A stretch of 64,000 nt of DNA. It comes from an uncultured Roseobacter sp. (GTDB taxonomy: Bacteria > Pseudomonadota > Alphaproteobacteria > Rhodobacterales > Rhodobacteraceae). The notes below the pieces were generated by a model. That model made no database searches. It had not been told where the DNA came from and worked only from the letters and a program-made list of their open reading frames with translations. Position 1 is the first letter of the stretch. The number at the start of each line of letters is the position of its first letter. A program made the translations under genes and the position numbers. Shown piece by piece: positions 9,353-19,204 of this stretch. The stretch is taken from assembly GCA_965365545.1 (NCBI GenBank), contig CBDUCB010000001.1, forward strand, positions 8,649 through 72,648, read 5' to 3'.

Positions 9353-10165
9353 ATGCTGATCCGCGCATTCATTTTGCTGTTGTTATCTGCCGCCTGCGTG
9401 TCTGCGCAGGAGCGCACGCCGAGCCATTGTGTGGCGCTTGCACAGTCCGCGCCGGGACTGGAATATGTGCAGCCTGCAGCCCTCGGGCCCGTTCCGTCAG
9501 AGACGGTCAGATTGCATTATATCAATCACGCCAGTTTCCTCATCCGCAGCCATGGCGGGCTGAATATGGTGACCGATTACACAGGCTACACCGGCACGCT
9601 GCCCTGGATACCGGATGTGGTGACGATGAACCATGCGCATGACACGCACTGGACGGCTTTTCCCGATCCTGCAATTCCGCATGTGCTGCCGGGCTGGGGT
9701 GAGTTTGGGTCGGGCATCGATCATCGTCTGGATCTGGGCGAGGTGCTGGTACGCAACGTTTCCACCGATATACGCTCGCAGTTTTCCGGTCTCGAGACCG
9801 AGGGCAATTCGATTTTTATTTTTGAGATGGCCGGGCTTTGCATCGGGCATCTGGGGCATCTGCATCACGAACCGGATGCAGAGCAATATGCCGCGATCGG
9901 GCGGCTCGATGTGGTGATGGCACCGGTGGACGGGGGCTATACACTGGATCTGCCGACGATGACGCGGGTGCTCAAGAGGTTGCGCTCCTCCGTTGTGATC
10001 CCGATGCACTGGTTCTCTCTTTATGCGCTGGATGAGTTTCTGGCCGGCATGTCGGATGAGTTCACCGTGATTGACACCGGCGCGCCCTCTCTGGAGATTT
10101 CGCTGGATAAGCTGCCCTCGCGGCCCACGATCATGGTGTTGCGGCCGGAATACCTGAGCGAATAG
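9353..10165 (+). CDS. MBL-fold metallo-hydrolase, secreted
   Basis: Signal peptide MLIRAFILLLLSAACVSAQ and His-rich MBL-like motifs (MNHAHDTHW, GHLGHLHH). I chose the ATG at 9353 because it is preceded by AAGGGGGA. Confidence 0.7.
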   Translation: MLIRAFILLLLSAACVSAQERTPSHCVALAQSAPGLEYVQPAALGPVPSETVRLHYINHASFLIRSHGGLNMVTDYTGYTGTLPWIPDVVTMNHAHDTHWTAFPDPAIPHVLPGWGEFGSGIDHRLDLGEVLVRNVSTDIRSQFSGLETEGNSIFIFEMAGLCIGHLGHLHHEPDAEQYAAIGRLDVVMAPVDGGYTLDLPTMTRVLKRLRSSVVIPMHWFSLYALDEFLAGMSDEFTVIDTGAPSLEISLDKLPSRPTIMVLRPEYLSE

Positions 10166-10212
10166 GCAGGCCACATGCTTGCATATCCCCGCCGGAAAGG
10201 GGATCAGGTTTC

Positions 10213-11628
10213 ATGACCCTTATTTCAGCTGACACAGAGTTTGCAGCGCGGCTCAAGGCGCAGTTTTCCGATGATATCGTTGCGGATACCGAGCCGCGAT
10301 ACCTTGAAGAACCGCGCGGCACCTGGCAGGGACGGCCGACGCTGGTTGCAAAGCCACGCAACGTTGAGGAGGTGGCCGGCCTCATCCGTGCAGCGTCTGA
10401 GGCGCGGGTTCCCGTCATTCCCTACGGTGGCGGCACCGGTCTGGTGGGCGCGCAGATATCGCCTGAGGGGCCATTGCCGCTGATCCTGTCGCTGGAGAGG
10501 ATGACGGCAGTGCGGGCGGTCTGGCCCGAAGAGAATGTCCTGATCGTTGAAGCCGGTGTGATCCTTGCCGACGTGCAGGCGGCCGCGCGTGACGCCGGCC
10601 GGCTTTTTCCGTTGTCGCTGGCGGCGGAGGGGACCGCGCGCATCGGCGGCAACCTTGCCACGAACGCAGGCGGTACCGGGGTGCTGCGCTATGGCAATAC
10701 CCGCGATCTGTGTCTGGGCCTCGAAGCGGTGCTGCCGGACGGGCAGATCTGGCACGGGTTGCGGCGATTGCGAAAAGACAACACCGGTTATGACCTGCGC
10801 AATCTCCTGATCGGGTCTGAGGGAACGCTTGGTGTGATTACGGCGGCGGCGATGAAGATGTTTCCGCAGCCTCACGACATCGGGACTGCAGTCTTTTCTG
10901 TCGCGTCTCCGGCGGCGGCGCTCACCTTGCTCTCGATGGCACGTGAGCGGCTCGGAGATATGGTCAGCGCGTTTGAGCTGATCAGCGGACAGGGGCTGGC
11001 TTTTCTCAGACAGGAGCTTCCTGAGATCAGGCAACCCTTTGAGGCGGCCCCGGACTGGTCTGTTCTGATCGAGGTTGGCGTGGCGGCCGGTATGACAGCG
11101 CAGTCCGCACTCGAGGACCTCTTTGCGCACGGTCTTGAAAAGGATCTGGTCAGCGACGGCGTGATTGCCCAGAGCGCGCAGCAAAGCGACGCTTTCTGGT
11201 CAGTGCGCGAGCATATTCCGGAGGCAAACAAACGCATCGGTGCCGTGGTCTCCAGCGATGTTTCCCTGCCGCTCGGAGCACTGGCTGACTTTATCAAAGC
11301 AGGCCCGGCACGCATCGCGGCGGTCGGGGAGTTCCGGATCAACTGTTTCGGGCACATGGGTGACGGCAACCTGCATTATAATATTTTCCCTGTGGAGGGG
11401 CGCAGCAAGAAGGATCATCTCGGTGATCGTGAAAACGTGCAGCGGGCCATTCATGATCTGGTACATGAGTTTGACGGCTCCTTCAGCGCGGAACACGGTG
11501 TGGGGCGGCTGAAGGTCGGTGATCTGGAACGCTATGGCGATCCGGCAAAGCTCAGTGCAATGCGGGCGATCAAACAGGCACTTGATCCGCTGGGGATTAT
11601 GAACCCGGGTGCCGTGCTGCGCGCATAG
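10213..11628 (+). CDS. FAD-linked oxidase (GlcD / D-2-hydroxyacid dehydrogenase family)
   Basis: FAD-binding PCMH-type N-terminal domain (PYGGGTGLVGAQ) and a C-terminal FAD-oxidase domain (SAEHGVGRLK). Confidence 0.85.
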   Translation: MTLISADTEFAARLKAQFSDDIVADTEPRYLEEPRGTWQGRPTLVAKPRNVEEVAGLIRAASEARVPVIPYGGGTGLVGAQISPEGPLPLILSLERMTAVRAVWPEENVLIVEAGVILADVQAAARDAGRLFPLSLAAEGTARIGGNLATNAGGTGVLRYGNTRDLCLGLEAVLPDGQIWHGLRRLRKDNTGYDLRNLLIGSEGTLGVITAAAMKMFPQPHDIGTAVFSVASPAAALTLLSMARERLGDMVSAFELISGQGLAFLRQELPEIRQPFEAAPDWSVLIEVGVAAGMTAQSALEDLFAHGLEKDLVSDGVIAQSAQQSDAFWSVREHIPEANKRIGAVVSSDVSLPLGALADFIKAGPARIAAVGEFRINCFGHMGDGNLHYNIFPVEGRSKKDHLGDRENVQRAIHDLVHEFDGSFSAEHGVGRLKVGDLERYGDPAKLSAMRAIKQALDPLGIMNPGAVLRA

Positions 11629-11631
11629 GGC

Positions 11632-12798
11632 TCAGGCCGCAGATTGTGCCGGTTGGGCGCTGCGCTGATATATGAGCAGACAGCCCAGTGCGCATGCGAC
11701 CATCACGATACCGCAAACATAGGCGGCACCTGCATCGGCTGCCTTTTCGGCGAAATAGCCGCCGATGGCCGGCGCACTCATCATCGCGACATAATATATG
11801 GTGAAAAAGACGCCCATCCCGAGCGCCCGGGCCGGCGGCGCAAGAACTTTTGAGGGCAGGGTCATCACGGGACCTGCGGCCAGGCCGGCGATCAGGCCGG
11901 CGATCCCATACGCGGGCAGCGCGAAGACAGGGGGGACGACGGGCAGCACAAGCAGACAGAAAGCAAAACTCACCAGGCTGGCAAAGATGATGGCGACCGT
12001 GCGGCCGGTCCTGTCGGCAAGAAGGCCGCCCAGCGGAACGCCGATGGCCAGCGTGAACATGAAAAAGCTGATGACCGGGCCGGCGGTGGCCGCGGTCATG
12101 CCCTGTTCGGTCAGCAGCAGCGGTCCGAATGCAAACACCATCGCGCAGCCGGCGTTGTAGAGGGCCCAGACGCCACCGGCGGCGAGCAGTGGCGTCAAGG
12201 GCAGCCCCCGCGAGGGCGTACCGGCAGCCACAGCAGCAGACGCGCTGGCAGGCCGGTATATCACCGCCAGCGCCACGATTGCCACCGCGATGATCGTGAT
12301 GACCCCGGTGTCAGCGAGCACGAGACCGCCATGTGCCGCAAGCACCGGCAGAATGAGCAGCGCCAGCGCAATCCCCGCGGGCCATGAACAGATAAAAATC
12401 CCCATCGCGGTGCCGATCTCCCGGCCCTCAAACCAGTCGACCAGCATCTTGGTCATGATCACGTTGATCACCACACCGCCGGCGCCCGCCAGGACCCGAC
12501 CTGCCGCGATCAGGTTCCAGTCGCTGGCAAAGGTGATCATCACGGCACCGGCCAGCATCAGGCCGAGGCTGGCCATCGTGACGCGCTTGTCGCCAAAGCG
12601 GGCGGCAATCGTTCCACCGGGGATTGCCACGAAGATGCCTGGCCCGAGATAAAGGCCGATCAGAACGCCCAGATCGGCAATGCTCAGCAGATAGCTGTCA
12701 ACGAGCTGCGGTGAGAGTGCCGCGACAGACTGATACTGAAACGCCATTGCCGTGCGGGCGAAGAAAAGCACGGCAAGAATGCTCCAGCGCGATGTCAT
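11632..12798 (-). CDS. MFS transporter
   Basis: A 12-TM-like hydrophobic profile with typical MFS loop motifs. Confidence 0.8.
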   Translation of the reverse strand: MTSRWSILAVLFFARTAMAFQYQSVAALSPQLVDSYLLSIADLGVLIGLYLGPGIFVAIPGGTIAARFGDKRVTMASLGLMLAGAVMITFASDWNLIAAGRVLAGAGGVVINVIMTKMLVDWFEGREIGTAMGIFICSWPAGIALALLILPVLAAHGGLVLADTGVITIIAVAIVALAVIYRPASASAAVAAGTPSRGLPLTPLLAAGGVWALYNAGCAMVFAFGPLLLTEQGMTAATAGPVISFFMFTLAIGVPLGGLLADRTGRTVAIIFASLVSFAFCLLVLPVVPPVFALPAYGIAGLIAGLAAGPVMTLPSKVLAPPARALGMGVFFTIYYVAMMSAPAIGGYFAEKAADAGAAYVCGIVMVACALGCLLIYQRSAQPAQSAA

Positions 12799-12843
12799 AT
12801 AGTGTATCTTCCGGTTGAGGCGGGGCTGGCAGAGGCGGCCATA

Positions 12844-13374
12844 TCACAAACCGTCAAAAGCACAGAGCGCATGTACATCCATGCCCATCGCCTCAAGTCT
12901 CGCCCGTCCGCCAAGCTCCGGCAGATCGATGATAAAAGCGCAGGACACGATTTCTCCGCCCAGCCGTTCAATCAGTTTAATCCCCGCTTCGGCGGTGCCG
13001 CCCGTGGCCAGCAGATCATCGACCACCAGTATTTTCTCGCCGGCCTGAATTGCATCGTCGTGGATCTCGACAATCGCCTCTCCGTATTCAAGCGTGTATT
13101 CCTGACTGATGGTGGTGCCGGGGAGCTTGCCCTTCTTGCGGACCGGCACGAAACCGACGGAGAGCTGATGGGCGATGGCGCCACCGAGGATAAACCCGCG
13201 CGCCTCCAGCCCCACGACCTTGTCGATGTCGATCCCGGCATAGGGATGCAGCATCTGGTCGATGGCCATCCGGAACCCGCGCGGATCGGCAAAAAGCGTT
13301 GTCACGTCGCGGAACATGATCCCCTCATGGGGGAAATCGACGATGGTGCGGATGTAATCCTGGACGGTTTTCAT
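12844..13374 (-). CDS. apt: adenine phosphoribosyltransferase
   Basis: PRPP-binding motif [13 protein letters not shown] and full-length Apt similarity. Confidence 0.9.
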   Translation of the reverse strand: MKTVQDYIRTIVDFPHEGIMFRDVTTLFADPRGFRMAIDQMLHPYAGIDIDKVVGLEARGFILGGAIAHQLSVGFVPVRKKGKLPGTTISQEYTLEYGEAIVEIHDDAIQAGEKILVVDDLLATGGTAEAGIKLIERLGGEIVSCAFIIDLPELGGRARLEAMGMDVHALCAFDGL

Positions 13375-13391
13375 GAGGTGATTATTCCTTG

Positions 13392-14012
13392 TCAGGCAGC
13401 GCGGCGCAGCGTTGCGGTGAGCGCGCCCATTGTAATGAGTGTGGCCCCGCCGGCGCGGGTGATCCAGGTGATTGCAGAAGGCCGCGCGATTATGCCGCGC
13501 AGCCGGTCGGCCAGCAATGCATAAGCCAGCACGTTAAGTGCAGCGAGCCCCACGAAGGTGCTGATGAGAACGGCGAACTGCGGCAAAAGAGGCGCGTCAG
13601 GCCGGATAAACTGCGGCACAAAGGCGATGAAAAAAGCGATGGATTTGGGGTTCAGTGCTGTGACAGTTGCAGTGTGCCCGAAAACGCTGCGCGGGTTCAC
13701 GTCCTTTGCCGGGGCGAGCCCGCCAGACGGGGCGGACCGGATGAGCCGGATGCCCAGCCAGACCAGGTAGGCGGCGCCCGTCCATTTGAGCAGGCTGAAG
13801 GCTGTGGCAGAGGCCAGCACCAGCGCCCCCAGACCGACCAGCGAGGCGGTCATTGCGACAAGGTCCCCCAGTGCCACGCCAGCAGCAGAGGCAAGAGCCA
13901 CACTGCGCCCTTTGGAAAGTGCATAGGACAGCACCAGCAGAACGGTCGGCCCGGGGATCAGCAAAAGGGCGGTCGAGGCTGCCACAAAGGTCAGCCATGT
14001 ATCGAGGGGCAT
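13392..14012 (-). CDS. LysE/RhtB family amino-acid exporter
   Basis: About 200 aa with 5-6 TM helices and the LysE-type N-terminus [19 protein letters not shown]. Confidence 0.85.
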   Translation of the reverse strand: MPLDTWLTFVAASTALLLIPGPTVLLVLSYALSKGRSVALASAAGVALGDLVAMTASLVGLGALVLASATAFSLLKWTGAAYLVWLGIRLIRSAPSGGLAPAKDVNPRSVFGHTATVTALNPKSIAFFIAFVPQFIRPDAPLLPQFAVLISTFVGLAALNVLAYALLADRLRGIIARPSAITWITRAGGATLITMGALTATLRRAA

Positions 14013-14421
14013 TATGCGCGTCTCCTGGTGTCAGGTCCGGGGGCCAGTCTTGCGCAAGATCAGACCCTTTGACAATGTGAAGCGTGACCACCCAATGCAG
14101 AAACGGGTAAAAGAAGGCGGCATCGCCGCTATGTCAGGTGATTATATGGGACAGCGGCATAACCACCATCCAGTGCGCTACTGGTCTCACCTCGCGGGGC
14201 TCATTCCGGTGTTTGAGCGCCATGGCAACAAATTCCATCCAACGATATCGGGTGAGAAAGCAATGGCGGTGGGAAATGTATGCGTACCCGGAAACGGTAG
14301 TGGCACAGTTTGCTGACCGCGCAGCCGCCGAAAGCCGGTTTGCGGTTTCAGAATACATCGCACTTTCGGAGCCCCGGAAAAGCGCGGCGCATACCAACCC
14401 CGCCATTGTGTATGGCATCGC

Positions 14422-15294
14422 CTAGAGCACACGCCCGGCGACGGCGTCGAGTTTTGAAACTACTGCGGGGTCACGTGCGTCGGGCTGGGTCAGGATCGCA
14501 TATTCAAGGGCCCGGTCACAGCCGTGCGGGCAGGGCGCACGTTCAGCCCCCAGCAGGCCCGGCAGGCGGCGCACCAGATCGCGGGCTTTGCCCGCATTTC
14601 CCATCAGCGTTTTGATGATATCGCTCACATCAACCTCGCCGTGCTCAGGATGCCAGCTGTCGTAATCCGTGATCATAGCGACTGAGGCATAGCAAAGTTC
14701 GGCCTCCCGGGCGAGTTTGGCCTCTGGCATATTGGTCATACCAATCACGTCCGCTCCCCAGCTTTCACGGTACATTTTTGATTCCGCCAGGGTCGAGAAC
14801 TGCGGGCCCTCCATCGCCAGATAGGTGCCGCCGTTGTGCACAGTGATGCCGGCATCCTGCGCGGCCGTCAGGCAGGCCGCCCCCAGACGCGGGCATGTCG
14901 GGTGCGCGACCGACACATGTGCCACGCAGCCGGTACCGAAGTATGATTTTTCCCGTGCGAAAGTGCGGTCAATGAACTGATCGACAATGACAAAATGCCC
15001 AGGTGCCATCTCTTCACGGAATGACCCGCAGGCGGAGACCGAAATCACGTCGGTAACGCCGAGGCGTTTGAGGGCGTCGATGTTTGCGCGATAGGGCACA
15101 GTTGTCGGGCTGTGCACATGGCCCCGGCCGTGCCGCGGCAGAAAAACCATTCCGACACCGCCCAGTGAACCGGTCAGCACCGCGTCGGACGGCGCGCCCC
15201 AGGGTGTGTCAACAGAAGTCCAGGCGGCGTTTTCGAGGCCCTCGATGTCATAAATGCCCGAGCCGCCGATCACGGCGATTTTTGTCTCTGTCAT
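14422..15294 (-). CDS. mtnP: S-methyl-5'-thioadenosine phosphorylase
   Basis: PNP/MTAP family sequence (IGGSGIYD, FLPRHGRGH, MTNMPEAKLAREAE). Confidence 0.9.
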   Translation of the reverse strand: MTETKIAVIGGSGIYDIEGLENAAWTSVDTPWGAPSDAVLTGSLGGVGMVFLPRHGRGHVHSPTTVPYRANIDALKRLGVTDVISVSACGSFREEMAPGHFVIVDQFIDRTFAREKSYFGTGCVAHVSVAHPTCPRLGAACLTAAQDAGITVHNGGTYLAMEGPQFSTLAESKMYRESWGADVIGMTNMPEAKLAREAELCYASVAMITDYDSWHPEHGEVDVSDIIKTLMGNAGKARDLVRRLPGLLGAERAPCPHGCDRALEYAILTQPDARDPAVVSKLDAVAGRVL

Positions 15295-15649
15295 AGTGGT
15301 CTCCTGATGGCCTGTCCGCAGATCGTGGCGCTGTTTCAGCGGGAATTCAACATGGTGAGGTATGAGAAATGTCAGCCTGCCATCAAAGAGATGTGAAAGG
15401 TGCGCGCGGTGGCCCGGGGTGCGCCGGCCGGTGACAGTTTTACGGGCGGCTTTTCCAGGCGACGTGTTTATTTAAAAAGATTTCTGATTGTCTCGCTACG
15501 GGTTGTTTCACCGGATTTTTACCACGATGCATCATACAGGTACTGTGCCGCGGGGGTTTTCATTTCGCATCAAACAGTCTAGGCAGCGCGCAACGCAAGG
15601 CCCCAGTGCCTGACCCCCTCCCGCTCAACGCCACCACGAGGAGCCATGC

Positions 15650-17278
15650 ATGGCTAAGACGACGTTTCGTTCTTTTGCAAAGAACCTTGAGGTTACAGAT
15701 CTGCGTTGGGCGCCGAAAGAAGGGCTTACGCCGGCACGGCTGCGTATTGAACTGCTCTCGGGGCTGACCGTTGCGCTGGCGCTGGTGCCTGAAGCTGTGG
15801 CCTTTGCATTTGTTGCGGGTGTGCACCCGCTGGTCGGGCTTTATGCAGCGTTTCTTGTGGGTCTGATCACCGCGCTCATCGGAGGCCGCCCGGGAATGAT
15901 TTCGGGGGCCACGGGTGCGCTTGCGGTTGTGATGGTGGCGCTGGTCGCAGAACACGGTGTGGAATATCTTTTCGCCACTGTGGTGCTGATGGGGCTTTTG
16001 CAGGTTTTCGCAGGGGTCATGCAGTGGGGAAAGTTCATTCGCCTGGTGCCGCATCCGGTGATGCTGGGTTTTGTGAACGGGCTCGCGATCGTTATTTTCC
16101 TGGCGCAGATGAGCCAGTTCAAAGTGCCGGGCACCATGGAAAACACAGGCCACGGCCTGGGGGGCGGTGAATGGCTCTCAGGCGGCCCGCTTATTCTGAT
16201 GCTGGTACTGGTGGCCGCGACGATGGCGATCATCTGGGTCATGCCGCGCATCACCAAAGCAGTGCCTGCGCCGCTTGCGGGGATTGGCATCGTTGCAGCA
16301 GTGGTGATCGGTTTTGGTCTCGATGTTCCGCGGGTCGGTGATCTGGCATCCATTCAGGGTGGCTTGCCGCCTTTCCATATACCTGTGGTGCCGCTGACTT
16401 TTGAGACCTTCGAAATTATTCTGCCCTATGCGGTGATCCTCGCCGCCATTGGTCTGATCGAGAGCCTTCTGACGCTGAACCTGGTGGGGGATATGACCAA
16501 TCAGCGCGGTGGTGCCAGTCAGGAATGTATCGCTCAGGGTGTGGCCAATACAGTGACTGGTTTTTTTGGCGGAATGGGCGGCTGTGCAATGATCGGCCAG
16601 TCGATGATCAACGTGAAATCGGGTGGCCGGACACGGGTCGCGGGCATTGCCGCGGCGGTTTTTCTGCTGCTCTTTATCCTCGTGGGCTCATCGGTGATCG
16701 AACTTATTCCCCTCGCGGCTCTGGTCGGTGTCATGTTTATGGTGGTCATCGGGACCTTTGCCTGGAACTCGCTGACTATCTTGCGCAAAGTGCCGCTGAC
16801 GGATGCCTTTGTGATCCTGCTGGTGACGGTGGTGACGGTAATGGAAGACCTTGCTGTTGCGGTGGTCGTCGGCGTGATCGTCAGCGCTCTGGCCTATGCC
16901 TGGAACAACGCGCGCCGGATTTATGCCAAGACCTATACAACCCCGGAAGGTGCGCGGGTGTATCAGGTGCAGGGGCCGCTTTTTTTCGGCTCCAGCGAAG
17001 GATTTTCAGAGTTATTCGACGTTCAGGGCGACCCGTCAGAAGTAATCGTGGACTTTGCCGACAGTCGGGTGGTGGATCAGTCAGCACTACAGGCGATCGA
17101 GGCGGTTGCCGGCAAGTATGAGGAGGTCGGCAAGCGGTTACAGCTGCGCCACCTGAGCCGGGACTGCCATCGCTTGCTGGCCAAAGCAGGCCACCTGATG
17201 ATCGACAGCGATGATGATCCCGATTATGCGCTGGCAGTTAATTATCAGGTGCGCACAGGCATTCTGGGGGGTCACTGA
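15650..17278 (+). CDS. SulP family anion transporter with C-terminal STAS domain
   Basis: Polytopic SulP core plus a STAS-like tail (YQVQGPLFFGSSEGF...). Confidence 0.9.
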   Translation: MAKTTFRSFAKNLEVTDLRWAPKEGLTPARLRIELLSGLTVALALVPEAVAFAFVAGVHPLVGLYAAFLVGLITALIGGRPGMISGATGALAVVMVALVAEHGVEYLFATVVLMGLLQVFAGVMQWGKFIRLVPHPVMLGFVNGLAIVIFLAQMSQFKVPGTMENTGHGLGGGEWLSGGPLILMLVLVAATMAIIWVMPRITKAVPAPLAGIGIVAAVVIGFGLDVPRVGDLASIQGGLPPFHIPVVPLTFETFEIILPYAVILAAIGLIESLLTLNLVGDMTNQRGGASQECIAQGVANTVTGFFGGMGGCAMIGQSMINVKSGGRTRVAGIAAAVFLLLFILVGSSVIELIPLAALVGVMFMVVIGTFAWNSLTILRKVPLTDAFVILLVTVVTVMEDLAVAVVVGVIVSALAYAWNNARRIYAKTYTTPEGARVYQVQGPLFFGSSEGFSELFDVQGDPSEVIVDFADSRVVDQSALQAIEAVAGKYEEVGKRLQLRHLSRDCHRLLAKAGHLMIDSDDDPDYALAVNYQVRTGILGGH

Positions 17279-17291
17279 CGTCGCGCGTCGC

Positions 17292-17311
17292 TCTTGCGCT
17301 AGAGCGCAAGA
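17292..17311. terminator. hairpin between the convergent SulP and acetyltransferase genes
   Basis: An 8-bp stem TCTTGCGC / GCGCAAGA with loop TAGA. There is no clear T-tract on either side. Confidence 0.35.
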
Positions 17312-17333
17312 CGCCCCGCCCGCCGTCCCGCGG

Positions 17334-17978
17334 TCAGGTCGCGCTGCGCGGTGCCTGCCGGGTCAATGCCGCGATGTCAGCCGACATAAGCGCGTCCTGT
17401 GACGCGGCAATCCGGTCTGCGGGCCAGTCCCACCAGGCCAGTGCGTTGAGATGTGTTATCTCATCCGGCTCAAAGCGCATGGCGGTCACTTTGGCAGGGT
17501 TTCCTGTGGCGATGCAATAATCGGGCAGCGTCCCCCGCACGACAGAACCCGCGCCCACGATCACTCCGTTTCCGATGCGCGCCCCGGGCATCACAATCGC
17601 GCCGTATCCCAGCCAGACGTCATGGCCGATCACAGTGTCGCGCCGGTCCGGCTGGTAGCCGTCGCGGCTGTCTGCGTCAAAGACAGGAAAGGGGAACGTG
17701 GTGATACCGCTGGCGTCATGGCTGGCGGATGCAGTGATAAAACGCACACCGTGGGCGATCTGGCAAAAGCGGCCGATTGTGAGCTTTTCGGTGGAGAACG
17801 GAAAAAGATAGGGGGCGAGATGCGTCGCCCAGTCGTCGGGCGGATCGAAATCCGAGGCATAGGTGAAATCACCGACCGCAAACTGAGGATGGTCGATCAC
17901 ACGCGCCAGAAAGACGGTGCCTTTGTGTGGCGTGCCGTCAGGGAGCAGGATGGGGTAGGTTGCAGCGGGGTCAATCAT
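17334..17978 (-). CDS. hexapeptide-repeat xenobiotic O-acetyltransferase (CatB/Vat-like)
   Basis: Left-handed beta-helix repeats (IGHDVWLGYGAIVMPGARIGNGVIVGAGSVV) and a Vat/CatB-like N-terminal region. I moved the start to the ATG at 17978 (MIDPAATYP). Confidence 0.8.
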   Translation of the reverse strand: MIDPAATYPILLPDGTPHKGTVFLARVIDHPQFAVGDFTYASDFDPPDDWATHLAPYLFPFSTEKLTIGRFCQIAHGVRFITASASHDASGITTFPFPVFDADSRDGYQPDRRDTVIGHDVWLGYGAIVMPGARIGNGVIVGAGSVVRGTLPDYCIATGNPAKVTAMRFEPDEITHLNALAWWDWPADRIAASQDALMSADIAALTRQAPRSAT

Positions 17979-18576
17979 CGGGCCTCGAGAGCTCAAAGAC
18001 TTCCCGGACAACTGTATAATCGCGGTAACCCATGCGGGACAGAGGCTGATATGTAGTGATGTCAAATCGTCCGTCAACGATCGCATCGTCGCGCATGTGC
18101 ACGCCGACAACCTCGCCGAAGACGACGAAATTGCTCTCTCCTTCCATCCTTACGATCTGTGTCATCCGGCATTCAAGCGAGGCCGGTGCAGCTGCCACCC
18201 GCGAGCAGGCTATTTCGGAGCATTCCGCCGGCGTGATGCCGGCGTGCTCAAACTCATCGGTTTCGCGCGGCAGCATTGCCGAGGAAAGGTTCATCACATC
18301 GCGCATCGCATATTCTACGATGTTGACACAAAACACGCCCGTTTCGCGGATGTTGCCGACGCTGTCTTTGGTATCGCCACGGTCCTGTTTTGATGATGTA
18401 GACGCGAACATGACCTGCGGCGGCACATAGGCCACGGCATTAAAAAACGAATAGGGCGCGAGGTTATTGCGGCCCTGTGCGTCGCGCGTCGAGATCCATC
18501 CGATCGGGCGCGGTGTCACGATGGCGTTGAACGGGTTGTGGGGCAGGCCGTGTCCGTCAGCGGGGCGGTAGAACAT
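17971..18576 (-). CDS. flavin reductase family protein
   Basis: Flavin-reductase-like domain (TPRPIGWISTRD...NLAPYSFFNAV). I moved the start to the ATG at 18576, which is preceded by AGGAG. Confidence 0.8.
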   Translation of the reverse strand: MFYRPADGHGLPHNPFNAIVTPRPIGWISTRDAQGRNNLAPYSFFNAVAYVPPQVMFASTSSKQDRGDTKDSVGNIRETGVFCVNIVEYAMRDVMNLSSAMLPRETDEFEHAGITPAECSEIACSRVAAAPASLECRMTQIVRMEGESNFVVFGEVVGVHMRDDAIVDGRFDITTYQPLSRMGYRDYTVVREVFELSRPDD

Positions 18577-18679
18577 TGTGGGCTCCTGATCGTTTGCGCG
18601 CCGTGTAGCGCACCTGCCTGACGGGGACCAGTTGAAAACCCGGGCCGGGCAAGGCATAGCGGCTTGCGTGTATGATGTG

Positions 18680-19159
18680 ATGACAGAGACCGCGCAGGAC
18701 TGGCATGAGGTCGAAGCGCTTTATGATCTGTGCTTTGCGCCCGGGCGCGAGGCGCTGTCGTCTTACCGTTTACGCGACGATATTCCGCCGGTTCCCGGGC
18801 TGAGCCTCGTGGCGCGCGACAAGGATGGCATCCTCGCCGGGGCGATCCGCTACTGGCCGGTCATGGTCGGAAAGGCGGAGACGCTGCTGCTTGGGCCGGT
18901 GGCCGTGCACCCGACCCGGCAAGGCGAAGGTCTGGCTGCGGTGCTCATCCGCGAGTCGCTGGGGCTGGCGGTACTGCGGGGCTGGGCGCGGGTGATGCTT
19001 GTGGGCGACGCTCCATATTACAGCCGTTTCGGCTTTCACCGGCTTGACGGGGTGACGATGCCTCCGCCGACCAATCCGGCGCGGGTGCTGGGCCAGGCGC
19101 TGCTCACCGGTGCATGGGACGGGGTGCAGGGTGAGGTCGCGCGGTGGCCCGGCAATTGA
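18680..19159 (+). CDS. GNAT family N-acetyltransferase
   Basis: GNAT core (VAVHPTRQGEGLAAVLIRESL). I chose the ATG at 18680; the ORF-track start is an upstream TTG. Confidence 0.7.
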   Translation: MTETAQDWHEVEALYDLCFAPGREALSSYRLRDDIPPVPGLSLVARDKDGILAGAIRYWPVMVGKAETLLLGPVAVHPTRQGEGLAAVLIRESLGLAVLRGWARVMLVGDAPYYSRFGFHRLDGVTMPPPTNPARVLGQALLTGAWDGVQGEVARWPGN

Positions 19160-19204
19160 TTTTGACGTAATGCTGCCCATCTTCTTTGTGTGAAGGAGCA
19201 AGTG

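Noticed and set aside
14138-14425. 95-aa ORF as a confident protein-coding gene.
   Set aside because: The first half has poor codon bias and overlaps two other equally weak ORFs, and it has no domain. It is kept only as a finding (possible pseudogene or small gene), not as a feature.
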